The notes below the pieces were generated by a model that was not told where the DNA came from, ran no database searches, and was given only the letters and a program-made list of their open reading frames with translations. From assembly GCF_009914755.1 (NCBI RefSeq), contig NC_060931.1: a stretch of 64,000 nucleotides of DNA. One strand, given 5' to 3'. Source of the stretch: the human T2T-CHM13v2.0 reference genome, Homo sapiens. The translations under genes and the position numbers were made by a program. Within the stretch, counting starts at the first letter, position 1; each line of letters starts with the position of its first letter. Of this stretch, positions 14,991 through 29,990 are shown piece after piece.

Positions 14991-15613
14991 CTCTTTAATT
15001 ATTTAGCATCCATTCTCTTCTATTCATATTAACTTCCTTATAACAAGTTGTTATTTGGAGGAATGTAAGTCAGGGATCAAAAACTGAGCAGAAGCCAGCA
15101 GATTCAGTGCTGAGCTGACTTCTACCACTTTAGTCTTTCTAATAAAACGTAACAGTTCACCTGAAATTGCAGCTCCAGGCGATGGTCAATTCCAATGAAC
15201 TCTAAACCAGAATTCCTAGTATGAACCAAAATACCACCGACTGTTGGTTGATAGATATGATTCTATATAATGTGATTTAGCCTTCATAATAACAACAATT
15301 TGAGTTTTACTCCCCATGGACAAAAAGTAGCATACTACCAAACTATTTATTTCACTGACACTAACTTAACAATTAACTGTACCTGACATGATTTAAACAC
15401 CTTTAAATTATAGGAAGTACACCAATATATTACTATTTGGCTCCAGCAGTTAAACCACTGATTATTCATATACTCAACAATGATTCAAAAGATGTATAAT
15501 AAGAAATAAATCATTATATTGCTGAAGGTTTATTTTTAATTGGCCCAGCCAAATAAAATTTGTTAAATGGTAAATGTGTTATAATTTTATTAATCTAGAG
15601 TGGTGATCTATAA

Positions 15614-15929
<316 letters not shown>

Positions 15930-16904
15930 AAGGATGAGTTTTTTTAGATATTGATACTGATATCACAATAGCTCATAAAATTATCACTATATTCCAGAAA
16001 AATATAATCAAATAATAATAGAAATCCTTTATTCTTTAATGTATGCTAGTGACAAAAATTCAGTTAGTTGACAAAATCATCATATTTGATATATCAGGAT
16101 GACTTCCAGCATATAAAACGTCAACTACCAGGTGTAAATGTAAAATGATTCCCATTTTCTAAAGTACCCATTCATCCATTGTATAATATATCACGCTTCA
16201 TGCTGTTTTACATTATGTAAAACAAACAATGAATACAGACTCTGTGTTTTAATGCCTGAGGTGTGAAATTAGTTCTCTGCCAAGTGTGTTTTTGATTGTT
16301 ACAGATTTAAAACGTTCAGAAGTATGTCAATCTGAGACCACATTTCTTCAGTTCAGTTACGAGAAATGAAAAGCAATCTAGTCATTTAAAAGAACAGAAT
16401 AAGACGGGGTTACAGAATGTACCGTGTTGTGATTTTGCACAGTCTTTGATATTCATTGCATTTTGTGCACACTACTAACTCAGGCAATAAATAATTTGCA
16501 TAGTCAGTTTTCTTAATTTTTCCTCTGAGGCTCCCTTACATTGCAGTTATCACAAATCCTCCATTATAACAAGATCATCTTGTTTACAAAAGTATAATCT
16601 CAAAAAACATTTGCATCCTTATGTAATTCAGTACTTGTTCACATGATGGTGTGTCCTACCTCATCTTCTATTTGCAAATTTTTATTTCTGCACAAGTAGA
16701 AATACTTTTCTGGCTAACAAAAAGCTTTGGGGACTTCTGAGCTGAGATGGTAGATTAAAACAGAATTTCCTCTCCCAACATAAAATTTTTTTTAAAGACA
16801 AGAAAGGGGTCATTAATACAATATAAGGCATGGTTCCCCACATCAAAGATGAAACTCTGTCTCTGAGGAACTAGACAGCAGGTAAAGGAAGAGACCTTGA
16901 GGAG

Positions 16905-17110
16905 AAAAGAGTGGGCAGAGAAGGAGAGACAGAGAGAAAGACAGCGATAGAGAGAGAGAGAGAGGAAGAGACACAGAGGGAGTCAGAGAGAGACAAAGAC
17001 AGAGACAGATGGAGAAAGAGACAGAGAGATAGAAAGAGATAGAGACAGAGAGAGACAGAGACTGAGAGAGAGGGAGATTCAGAAAGACAGAGACAGACAG
17101 AGACAGAGAG
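16905..17110. repeat. GA/GACA-rich low-complexity tract
   Basis: ~200 bp of degenerate (GA)n/(GAGACA)n. Confidence 0.95.
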
Positions 17111-17786
17111 CATAAAATTTAGTGGAACAAACAAATAGCAAAATCCAGGAAAATTTTGACAGCAGCAATTAATCAATCCAATGCCATGAAGCTCAAAAAG
17201 TGACAGTCAAGAGGGAAAAAAAGATGAGATTCTGGAGCAAGGTGGAAGGTATTTAACAGGGAAGCACCTAGCCCCTCCCCCGTCACTATCACTCAGAGGC
17301 CAAATAGTGAGTCAGGGAATCTGAGTCATCTCCTAATACCCCAAATGTGAGGAAAAAGGAACTGTGTGATGTTCCAGTGGGGAAAAGTGGAAAGAGCTAC
17401 AGGGAAGAAAGAGGTAAAGTTTGGGAAATGAATAATGACACTAAGAACGTGAGTCCCTCTAATGGAAGCAAAGGCCCCCAGGCTACAAATATAATAAGCA
17501 AAAGGGCAGATCCATTTCTTTGTTCCCTCAATGAGAATAGGACATGTATTCCAATTACTTTCCAGGAAGCCTAGGATGAGATGTTTAACAAAATCTCAGA
17601 AGTGAAAATAGAGCCAAAATATTCTAATAGACACTGCATGGAATTTAGCTCAACTCTTCCTAATTTCCCTCCCCACAGACCTTCACCATTGAAGACATAA
17701 GAAATACACAGCAATCCACTGTGATTTGGTGAAGAAATCCAAAAAGTTTCCCATAGAATTAAAAGGGAGTCACTTCGCAAATACAA

Positions 17787-18257
<471 letters not shown>

Positions 18258-18413
18258 TGAAAAAATTATCAAAGAATCCAGCCTAATAAGAACACATGGC
18301 CTACAGAAGAAAATTCCGAATAATTTTAAAATCAATTTAATAGCCATCGGTTCAAGACAACAAAAGTTCAAAGATTGGATGACTAAAGAACACAATGAGA
18401 TAAGAAAAAAAAG

Positions 18414-18491
18414 TGTATTAGTTAGAGTTCTCTAGAGAAACAGAACGAATAGGATGTATGCATATTTATTCAATAGGATGTGCATGTACAT

Positions 18492-18522
<31 letters not shown>

Positions 18523-18898
18523 CAGAGAGACAGAGAGAAAGAAGGAGATACCAAATTTTATTCTAAGAAACTGGATTCATGATTATGGGACAGGCAAGTC
18601 TGAGATTTCTAGGGCATTCTGGAAATTCCTGCAGGAATTAATGTTGCAGTCTTTAGTACAAAGGCAGTGTGGAGGCAGAATCCTTCCTCTTCAGGGGACC
18701 CTTGTCTTTTCTCTTAAGACCTTCAACTGATTTGATTAGGCCCACTCAGATTATGAAGGATAATCTGCATTACTCAGAACCTACGGATTTAAATATTAAT
18801 CCCATCTAAAAATACCTTCACAGTAACAGCTAGACTTATGTTTTACCAAACATGGAGTGCCATAACCTAGCCAAGTAAATACATAAAATTAACCTTCA
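18414..18898 (-). mobile_element. MLT2 (ERVL) solo LTR
   Basis: tgtattagttagagttctctagagaaacagaac ... gccaagt..acataaaattaacc.tca ends. Confidence 0.85.
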
Positions 18899-19599
18899 GA
18901 GAGAAAGAAAGAGAGATGAGAGACAGAGAGATATTGAGGTTGCAAGCCTAAAAAAATAAATTGAGGGTCAAAGCAACATAATTAAGATAATTAGAAGGAT
19001 TTGCAAGATAAAAAAAATTTTAAAAGATAGTAGCTAAATGAGAAACTAAGAGAAACAGAATAAATGTAGCTAACAGTCAAATTACTAACACAGAAAAAAA
19101 GCTTGACAAAATTATGTTTTGTCTTTAAAATCCAAGTATAGTAAAGCAACAAAGATAAAGTACATAATATGAAGGACAGCAAGGGATGATCCAAAATAGA
19201 AGTAGAAAACTCAAAAAACATAAATTTCCGTGGACAAAAACAAAATTATTCTATAAATCAACAAAACATGCCAGATTTCAGGGAAAAAAATTGATGCAGA
19301 ATGCTAAATATTAAGACATATCCTAGTCAAGTTTTTCAACTTCAAGAACTAAAGAAACAATTCGCCAGATTTTTTTAAAAATCAAGCTGGCCTCAGATTT
19401 CTACACACAACATTTTTTAATGCCGTAAGCATAGGAGCAATACCTGCAGAATTCCAAAGGGAAGATAACCTAGCACACAGCCATCATATTAGTCAAATAT
19501 AAAGACAGCAGGCAGTCATTCCAAAAAAAAAAAAGAATTTGGAGACCACAAAACACACAAGCCTTTCTTCAAAAACTACTTTTTTAAAATTTCATTTTT

Positions 19600-19735
19600 T
19601 AAAATTTTGTATTTTTAAGTAGAGACAAGATCACGCTATGTTGCCCAGGCTAGTCTCCAACTCCTAAGCTCAAGCAATCTTCCCACCTTGGCCTCTCAAA
19701 GTGCTGAGATTACCTGTGTAAGCCACTATGCCTGA
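19600..19735 (-). mobile_element. FLAM / Alu left monomer
   Basis: Single monomer with ctcaagcaatc. Confidence 0.85.
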
Positions 19736-20106
19736 TTTAAGAGACAAATCAAAATGTAAAACGATTTTTATAGGATGAATGAAATTTAAAAAGACCTCAG
19801 GAATGGTGAAACAATGTAAAAACAACAAATAACGAGTATTGGCTCCATTTACGTATAGTATACTAAGAGACTTGTGTAGATTATGTCTATAGGGTGGTAT
19901 ATAAGTGCTATAAACTTTGACAGTATGAAAATAATAATGTTACTAACAAAAATTAGAAGCTTAAGGAAGAAAAGTAAAAAGAAATGTGAGAGTACTAATG
20001 CCCAATCCTGAAAGCAAAAAGTCAATCAACACCATCTTAAAGATGCATATTTTAAAAAGGCTCTAAACTCTAAACTCTTAATATTTTCCATAATCCTTTT
20101 ATCTAA

Positions 20107-20400
20107 TTTTTTTTTGAGACAGAATCTTACTCTGCTGCCCAGGCTATAGTGCAGAGGTGAGATCTCGGCTCACTGTAACTTCTGCCTCCCAGGTTCAAGC
20201 AATCCTCTCGCCTCAGCCTCCCGAGTAGCTGGGATTACTACAGGCACACGCCATCATGCCCCGATAATTTTTGCATTTTTCGTAGAGACTGGGTTTCACC
20301 ATGTTGCCAGGCAGGTCTTGAACTCTTCACCTCAAGTGACCTGCCTGCCTCAGCCTCCCAAAGTGCTAGGATTACAGGTGTCAGCCACCGCACCCAGCCC
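20107..20400 (-). mobile_element. Alu (Sz/J-like)
   Basis: Full dimer. Confidence 0.92.
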
Positions 20401-21776
20401 CTTTTTACTGAACTTTTAAAGGATCTTTTAGAAAATAATTCTTGTGGTGAAAAAACATTTTGAGTTTCAGCAGTTTCCTCTATCTTACCTCATTTTTGTT
20501 TGTTCCTGCTAATTTGTATAAAATGAAATTTATTTTGTTTTCAAAATATCACTTATAATATGATCCTATTTCATAAAAAATACTTCAAAGATTTCTTTCT
20601 AGCCTGTATTTGCATATGTACATAAAAAGATAATGGGAAAATGTTCACTTAATATGATGGTTGTTTTGAGGCAGTGAGATTGGAGATCACTTTTATTACT
20701 TTGTTTTCTGTAATTTCTGAATTTCTTAAGTTCTTTATTGCAAAAATAAGAGTAATTTTTCTGTGAAAAAAAACTTTGGTGTTATTTGACAAAAATGAGT
20801 TCCACAGCCATAATAATGTTTTCTGCATACATAAATTTGAAAGTAACATGTATTGTGATGAACCTTAACTTTCTTAAATCATGTATATCTCATTTTCAGA
20901 ATTAGATTATTTTTTGAAGAGAAAAATAAAGGTGTATAACTGTTAATATGCCTACCACATCACTAAGCACTTAAAAATTACATATTTGTGCACGAAAAAG
21001 AAATTATAGGCTTCTTTTTGCACTTTGAGCACTAGGGAATTGTTCTACAGGCAATCAAAAATTATTCTGATATTCAAATATGTTCATACTGTTTTTTAAC
21101 ACACACAGAAACATTTAAAACACATGATGCACAAATAATGCTGTAGCATGATACTTTTTAAAGGAGAAAAATTAAATATACTTAAATTTGTTCATATATT
21201 TATAAAGAACCTCTAGAAGAATACAGAAAAACAATGTTAATAATTTTATCTTGAACTTTTAAAATCACATATACTTCCATTATTACTCCATAATCTTTCT
21301 GCAGTTTTTTTCTTAATATCTAAACTGGCCAAAGCAATCTTTTTCAGTAATAGTCATTATTCAAACTTCCATGAATCTAAATAGCAACTGCAGTAAAACA
21401 AAATACCTCACCACTTTTCCAGACCCTGTTCATTCCCTTGACAATAAAAAGGGTATGAAAAGTGATTAAATGCTCATTTACCCAGGAACCCTCTCACGTG
21501 CTATTTAATTCAAGGTGTGTGGATTATAGCTACTGAAATGACCATGAGGTGGTAGGATCCATACACAAATAAGAAGGGTAGAAAATTATGTATAAGCAAA
21601 GTATATACACAAATACTTCCCCTGTGAGCTGAAAGGAGACACAGAAATGCACAACAATAAATAAGTACTTAAATAAAATACTTGATTAATTATGTCTTAT
21701 TAACTCCCTTGACGTCAAGAAATGGGGTAGCATAAGCATAGTATAACAGAGTTTTTTAATTAAAATGCTAATTTCT

Positions 21777-21893
21777 GTATTTTTTATAGACAGGGGTCTC
21801 ACTATGTTGCCCAGGCTGATCTTGAACTCCTGAACTCAAGGGATCCTCCAGCCTCAGCTTCCCAAAGTGCTGGGGTTACACCATGCCCAGCCC
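21777..21893 (-). mobile_element. FLAM / Alu left monomer
   Basis: Single monomer. Confidence 0.85.
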
Positions 21894-22440
21894 AGTATTT
21901 TTAATGAGTTTGCAACTGAGGAGAATCGAGGGGAAAGCAAATATTCTTTATGTTTTCTCCTCTTTAGACATAAAGCCTGATTTTATAGACCAGTGCTCCA
22001 AAGTTCAGACCCAGAAGAATTATGATAAAAAGAGAGCTGTTATCCAGGCCAGATCTTCTCCCATGCACCCATTCAATATATTACATTTACAGAGAACTGA
22101 TGTACCCCTGCAAAGGAGCGGGGGCTGAGCCACAACAGGGGCACCTTCATCCTCTGTCTAACCATCCTTTAAAAGATAGCAGTATTTTTGGTTTTTAATG
22201 AATTCATTAAGCAGAGGCAGAGTGAGTCATCGGAATAAAGCTAGGTCTATTCTCAGAAAATGGGGGGGTACCTCAGCAAAGCCATTAATGAGATGACTAG
22301 AAAAAAATATAGAGTAATTGATTTGAATCACTAAGAATGTCAAGTTGAATACATTAGTATTTTGTGATCCTATCAGTCAGTCAAAGGTAAACACAGCCTT
22401 TTAATCAAATGTAATTAAATTTTTGCTATAAGTCCAAGTC

Positions 22441-22773
22441 TTTTTTTTAATAATTTCAACTTTCATTTTGGATTCATGGGGAGCATGTGCAGGCTTGTTA
22501 CATGGGTATATTAAGTGATGCTGAGGTTTGGGATACAAATGATCCCATCACCCAGGTAGTGAGCATAGCACCAAATAGGTAGTTTTTCAACTCTTTCTTC
22601 CCTCCTTCCCTCCTGCTTCTAGTACTCTCCAGTGTCTAGTGTTCCCATATTAATGGTCATGAGTATTCAGTGTTTAGCTCCCACTTTTAAGTGAGAACAT
22701 GAGGTATTTGGTTTTCTGTTTCTGCATTAATTTGCTTAATTGGCCTCCAATTACATCTATGTTGCTGCAAAGG
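22441..22773 (-). mobile_element. Old L1PA/L1PB 3' UTR fragment
   Basis: catgtgcaggcttgttacatgggtata...cccatcacccaggtagtgagcatag...gtgagaacatg. Confidence 0.85.
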
Positions 22774-23132
22774 TGTAAATTCAAGTTTTCATAACCACAG
22801 CCAAAATGCCAGTTGAGCCACACACACACAAAAAATCCCTGAAGTGTTTTTAAATATTCTTCAAAACACCATTCTACAAATTAAATTATTTTCATGTTTG
22901 TTCCCAAATGATTTGGAGTTAGTATACTTGCAGGTATATATATAAGAAAAGAGAATCTAAAAAAGGATTCATGGATATTTATGGAGATAATATACAGCAT
23001 ATGTATGCCTTAGAAAAAATACAGATAGTCTGAAAATTTATTTATTAAAATATATATATAGGCTGGAAAATGGTTATTTAATCAGTATAGTTGAAATCCT
23101 TATTTTATGTTTTATAATTTTGGTTATTTCTA

Positions 23133-23472
<340 letters not shown>

Positions 23473-24062
23473 AATTTATTGTAAAACAGCTTAGTTTTCC
23501 ATTGTTTTTTTAATTAAAGCTGAGCAATAAAAAATCCTTAGGAAAAATAAATTCTAACCAATTATTTTATGTAAACAACTGATTCACATCCTAGGTAAGG
23601 ATCTTCTAGGTAAGACAATCTCCTGGGTAAGATTTAGAAGCAGCTCACCTATAGTGAATTTTATAGAATCCAGATAAAACATGGGTTACAGATGTTATTA
23701 TAATATAGCATTCTGTTTGAAGTTTCATATTGTTTGCCCTCTTTTCTTATAATACCTTTCTAGCAATCGTTAGATGCTAATTATGAATTTTGAAAACTCC
23801 CAATCATCCAAACAGACAGGTAGACACTAATTTATATTAAAACAGAAATTGTGCACTTTAGGCTTTAATCATATAAGTATACAAATATGATTGCTAGTCT
23901 ATTCACATTTAAATTGTGTAGATTAATACACTCCTACTGTTACAACTCATGGGTGTTTTGAAAGGTAACCAAATTGAAAACACCACTCCTGCCAATGCAA
24001 GGATGCTTTTATTATTGGTGTTAAAGCAGAGTTTTGTCACTAAATATATATAACATAATAAT

Positions 24063-24804
24063 TTAAAAGAGTTGAAATTATACAATGGAGTAATTAGTAC
24101 TACATAAATGACCTTCTAAATTACTTTTTAAACAATATTTAATTGTTCATGAGAAACTAGTCATTGAGATATAGGAAAACAAACCTGCAAAATGGAACAA
24201 TCCCAGTCTAACTTGTGGGTTACCACTCCTCCCTGATCTGCACCAACAAATAACTTTATCTTTAAAGAGCTCATCATTTATATAAAAAGACACTGGTTGA
24301 AATGAAAATGTGTAGAAGAAAACAATCCTCATAAGATGAAATAAGCACTGGCTTGCTATATGGTGACATAACATCTATCAATAAAATGAAACAGCTGTCT
24401 CAGAAAACAAAGATAAAAGCCAAATGCCTTCATAAAGGAAAAGAAAATAAGACCATTCTGTATTATTCAAACTCAGAAGTCCTGGAGACAAAGAAATGTC
24501 ATTGACAGGCACATCAGCTCTGATAGTGGTACCTATACTGAACGCTGAAGTCCAGGGGGTCAACCCTGTTCGCAATGGTTTCAGTCTAAATGATATCTGT
24601 TCGGACATCTTTCCTGGCCACTCTCTCTAAGTGTTCTCTACTCATTCACCCAAGTCAGCAGCAACATTCCTTATCCTCACACTTGTCATTTCCTTCAAGG
24701 CACTTATCGCTTTACTTTCTTGCCTTTGCTGCTCCAGGAGGGCAGAGTTCACTTCAAATATATTCATTACAACATTCCCAGTAACTAACATGGTACCAAG
24801 CACA
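24063..24804 (+). repeat. Donor copy of a local ~740 bp direct duplication (its 3' part is L2-like)
   Basis: Co-linear with 36677-37628, e.g. gaaactagtcattgagatataggaaaacaaacctgcaaaatggaacaatccca occurs in both. Confidence 0.95.
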
Positions 24805-25271
24805 TAGTAGGCATCCATAGTGCCGAGAACATAGTGGGTATTTGTTACAGAACAAATTAACAACTGTTCCACTGCCACAGAGAGTACACCTAGGTCAAAC
24901 CAGTCCCACAAAGGTAAGCTATAACCCTCTAAGGATGGATTCTGCAGCTTTCACTTCATCATTGTAGTGTTCTTCCCAACTGACTTTATAGTGCTACTGA
25001 ACTCATCATTGTGAAAAATGTTAACAGATCATTAACAGGCTCCCAAAATTAAACCCAGAAATTCTTCCCCTTTTATTGTGAAAAGGCTAGGCTCTGCTAC
25101 CAAGGGGAAGAGAGAGGTCAAGTCTGTGAGCGAGGTCAGATCTGCAAGTTGTGGAGTTTTTGTGTCATGTTTATGCTACACATTATCATTATGTTATGGA
25201 AAGAAACATTCATTTACTGACACACTTTAGGTACTTTATACTTGCTGTAGAAACAAAAAGGAAATGGGCTA

Positions 25272-25796
25272 GGTGATGGTTAATTTTATGTATCAACTTG
25301 ACTGGGCTCAAGGATGCCCTGATAGCTGAAAAAGTATTATTTCTGGAAGAGATTAGTTTGAATGGGTAGAGCAGATAAAGACTGCCCTCACTTTTACAGA
25401 TGGGCATCATCCAATCTACTGAGGGCCTGAATAGAACTAAAAGGTGAAGAAAGCGCAATTTGCTTCCTGTTTGAGCTGGGATATCCATCCTGCCCTCGAA
25501 CATGGGCAATCCTGGTTCTCAGGCCGTTGGACTAGGATAAGACTTAACACCATTGGATGCCCTGCCCCCGCTTCTCAGGCCTTCAGATGTAGGCTGGGAG
25601 TTACACCACGGGCTCTCCCGATTCTCAGGCCTTTGGACTCAGGCTGAATTACACCTCTAGCTTTCCCAGTTCCAAGCTTGCAGACAGCAGATTGTGGGAC
25701 TTCTTGCCCTCTGTAATCATGTCAGCCAATTCCTATAATAAATCTCCATATACATTGTATCCTGTTAGTTCTGTTTCTCTGGAGAACTCTAATACA
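25272..25796 (+). mobile_element. MLT2 (ERVL) solo LTR
   Basis: gtgatggttaattttatgtatcaacttgactgggct ... ggagaactctaataca; 5-bp TSD ggcta. Confidence 0.9.
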
Positions 25797-26039
25797 GGCT
25801 ACCATCTGTACTTCAAGTGCAGACGTAGTATTTTTAAAACTTCAACATAACAATAATGATTTAAATCCTAATCTTGAAAGTGACTAATTTCTCAAAAACA
25901 TTAAATCTCAATAGAAGCCATAAATTAATATACTTTCACATTTTAAAATGTTTATTATGCCTTTAGTAGATAAAATGCATTAATTCTATTTAGAGTACTA
26001 TGCCCTAGTAATCTACACCATAGCATAGTAACGATTATC

Positions 26040-26185
26040 ATAAAATGAACTCATACTGTCTATTAGGCATTTTATAAGTATTATTTCATTTCAGGTAATA
26101 ACTATTTATAGCCCTGTTTTACATTTGAGCGACTTGAGGCTCAGAAAGATTAAAAAACTTTCTCTAAAGTCAAGTGGCTAGTAAT
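26040..26185 (-). mobile_element. MIR
   Basis: ccctgttttacatttgagcgacttgaggctcagaaagattaa core. Confidence 0.6.
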
Positions 26186-26436
26186 GATAACCACATAAAC
26201 CTTGCAGTTAAGCATTACTCTATGGACAATGAAAAGCACAAAGAAATGTTTTGATCAGCCAAGCTATATTCTAATATCAGAAGAAGAATCTTCATCTAGA
26301 AAAAAAAAGAAGAAAAATGATCATTTTAAGATATTGAATATATAGGTTCTGCAAAGCCAAAAAATATCATTTCCTTCACACGTTGTGCCTTGGGTAAATT
26401 TCTTAAAATAATTATTCTAAATCATTCTGAAACCTA

Positions 26437-26760
<324 letters not shown>

Positions 26761-26765
26761 TCTTC

Positions 26766-26893
26766 AGCCAGGCATTGCGGTATACACCTGTAGTTGCAAC
26801 TACTCAGGAAGCTGAGGTAGGAGGACCCCTTGAGCCCAGGAGTTCGAGGCAAGCCTGGCCAACATAATGAGAGCTCATCTCTCTTAAAAAAAA
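26766..26893 (+). mobile_element. FLAM monomer
   Basis: Single monomer with A tail, in tandem after the AluJ. Confidence 0.8.
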
Positions 26894-27382
26894 TACTTTT
26901 AATTTTAAAAAAGGAAATCCTTCTAAGTTACAGGCTTTGTATCTTAAAATATGGTATTAAAAATATGTGAAAGAAGATGATAAGTGATATTATTACCCAT
27001 AAAACTCCAAATTCCAAAGGTTCCCTGTGGTTGCTACTATTGTTGGAAGTTCACAGCATAGCCTATTAATGCTGTTACATCCCACAGACAATCTCACATT
27101 CTGAAGGTGGATCCTGGAATGTGGAAGACAATTCATGCAAAATTTTATTTTCTCTATCCTCCTACCCTGCTTAGATTGAATATAGAATTTTTTTTGCCAA
27201 TTTAATTTCTATCCCAAGCAGGATACAAATAGATGCCTTATGTCCTGCAACTACTATACGTTCATTCAAGTAGCTTTTTCTTGAATCCAACAAAATAGTT
27301 TTTTTCATTTACAATTTTATGTGTCTTGAGTGAGCATTGACTTTGTGTCCTTCCTAACAGATGACCATGAAGTCTGACATAG

Positions 27383-27395
27383 GTTGCTTAGCAAC
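27383..27395. promoter_or_regulatory. RFX X-box-like palindrome
   Basis: GTTGCTTAGCAAC (GTTGC-N3-GCAAC) in non-repeat sequence. Confidence 0.35.
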
Positions 27396-27438
27396 TGCCT
27401 TATGCCCAGAAGTAGAAATAACTCTTTGATATACTCAC

Positions 27439-27594
27439 TATGTGTATTTCTCTTGATTTATTTCATTTGTGTTTAACATGGTAGATCAAACAGAATCATT
27501 AGAATCCTACTAACAGCTCCAAGGGTAGAAGAGTTCCTGGTCCACTCTAAGTACTCAGAGATCAAAAGAGCTTACACATCATCACAGAACAGTC
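27439..27594 (-). other. Candidate non-coding/UTR spliced exon (156 nt)
   Basis: Acceptor gttcttttactctgcag|, donor ATA|GTGAGT; no open frame through the exon. Confidence 0.3.
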
Positions 27595-29296
27595 CTGCAG
27601 AGTAAAAGAACGATAAAATACACTGTGCCTGTTACCAAGGACAAGGTGTGTACATTCTCATCAGCACTGACACCATTGTATTCTTTGAGACTTGAAAAGA
27701 AGTCTCAACATTGTTATTGCAAGTTTCACTTTTTGCTACATGATAAAGGACTATATCTTTCCCATTGTATTGTCTGCTAAAAAGTCTTTGATCCTGAAGG
27801 ACAATCCATTGTTTTAATGCATGATATAGTGTAATTCATCATGCAGCAAGAACAATACTAATCACCCTCTTGTTTGCATCAACCATCACTCTTCAACCCT
27901 CATCACATCTGATCTAATCTAAGCTCATTTATATTATTCATGACTTGTTTGTGTAGAAAGAAGTCAACCAAATATGTAGTGGTATTGTACCTCAGAACTA
28001 TAATCTATGCAGAAAGGTCTTGGATCTAAAATTAGAAAATGAAGAATTGAAAAGCTTTTAAGACATAATTTGGGGTTGGGAATATGAGGTTAATATTAGT
28101 ATGTAATGAATATGAAAACTTAGAATATCATAAAGGTAAAAATTAAGAAGAATCTTAAAAAAGAAAATTTCAGTAAGAATTTTGTAAGCCTACTGCTTTT
28201 ATCATAAGTTTAGGAATTTTGATGTTTTGGAAAACGATTCTTTTTTTACACTAAAGAAAATAACAAGTGAAAAACCTTTTGAAATTGTAAAAAGTCCATT
28301 TTAAAAACATAAAGTTAAAAAAATAATAATATCAAGGTAAAATCCACTGCAGTTACAAGATTAATGTTTAAGGGATTATTTTGTTTTAGAAAATAATTTA
28401 AAAATCACTGTCTATGAAATGGAGACTATTTTAAAAAATTATAGTAATCTATACAGTGGACTATAGTTAAATAAATTTAACAATCTATACAAGAATCCTC
28501 TGCTTCAGTTTCTTCTTCCCTCCTGTTAATGACTTAAATCTCTATGTACTAGTATGGAAACATTCCCAAAATGAATTGAAAGGTGAATAAACTGGAGGGT
28601 AGAATAAAGTAAGGGACATGATGCATTTGTGTTCAAAAAGAGGAGTTTTATATATGTATATGAGTATAAATATCGCATGTATATGATATGTTATATACAC
28701 ATACATACATATAAAATATTTCTAGAAGAATACATGAACTGGAAACAATTTTTGCCTTTGGACACTGGAAGATATGGGTAGACAAGAGGCTAATTTTTTT
28801 ACTGCACATCCAGGCAAACCATCTTAATAGGAAAACTTTGTTTCTCTTTTTGTTCTGCTCATGTGTGATGACAGAGAGAGAAAGATATACAGTTTCTTTT
28901 ACTTATTGATATAGAAAGAGCACATAACACATAGTGCTCACTAGACCCAAGAGTTACACAGGCTTATATCAAGAAAGACTGATTTACAATAAGAAAGCAA
29001 GGAACTAAGGGGAAAAACTTATATTATCTGGTTTATATTCCAATCTTCTAACCCAAACGCCAGCAAACAGAATTAACAAGATTTCAGAATATTAAAGAAT
29101 AGTACTTTTCTATGAAATATTATTTCTCTTAGGTCTGAAACCTGGCTTTTTATAGTTCTAACAGCAAAGGAAAATTTAATAAGGAATTATTCTAAATCAA
29201 TGCAAAAGACCAAAACTTCTTTTAAGTGACCTAATTGTCAGAATGCACAAGCACCATAATTGTATCATGCGGTAAAGAAAGAGAGATACTCTAATG

Positions 29297-29578
29297 CAAT
29301 GCATTCCAAAGTGCACTCCACAGAACACTGCCCCTATGAGCAGCTTTAACAAAAAAGAGTCCCATGGTCCAATAAGTTTAGGATGTTGCATACTATATTC
29401 CTCTCAAAAAAAAAAAAAAATACTAAAAACATTGGTATATTGAAGGCTCTGTGTAATTGGTGTAGTAAAGAAATTTAACTTCTTTGACTACACACAAATG
29501 TGAAAGTCATTTTGACACACACAACTATTAAAATTCCCAGGAACTAGTAATTCATTGATCCCATTTTGGGAAACACTG
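29297..29578. mobile_element. hAT-Charlie-type MITE
   Basis: TIR-like caatgcattccaaa / tttgggaaacactg; flanks ctctaatg/ctctgaca resemble a Charlie TSD. Confidence 0.5.
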
Positions 29579-29779
29579 CTCTGACAATATAAAAGCCAAA
29601 CTGATGACTTTTCCAATGGGGAAAAATATACTTTATCAATGAATTGGTAAGATTAGTAATAAGAGGAAATGATTAAACTGATTGGTCTGCTCTAATTAGA
29701 GTTACATTAAGTTACTTGATAAGGCACTGCAATTAATTTTCAAGAATAATTAAGCTACCCTTAATCCAAATCCTGTCAC

Positions 29780-29990
29780 ATCATTGTTTTGTTTTTATCA
29801 TAGTATCTGTCACTGCCTGGTTTTGGTTCATTTATGTGTTTATTTGTTATTGTCTATCCCCACATAGCAACGTAAGCTCCCTAAGAATTGAGATCTTGTC
29901 TGTCTTACTCAATGCTGCATTTCCAGCACTTTGAATAGCATTTGTTCAAATTAGTCTCTCAACAAATGTTCACAGAATACCTGAATAAAT
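29780..29990 (+). mobile_element. L2 3' end
   Basis: tgtctatcccc...gtaagctcc...ttgtctgtcttactc...aaatgtt..agaat. Confidence 0.65.
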
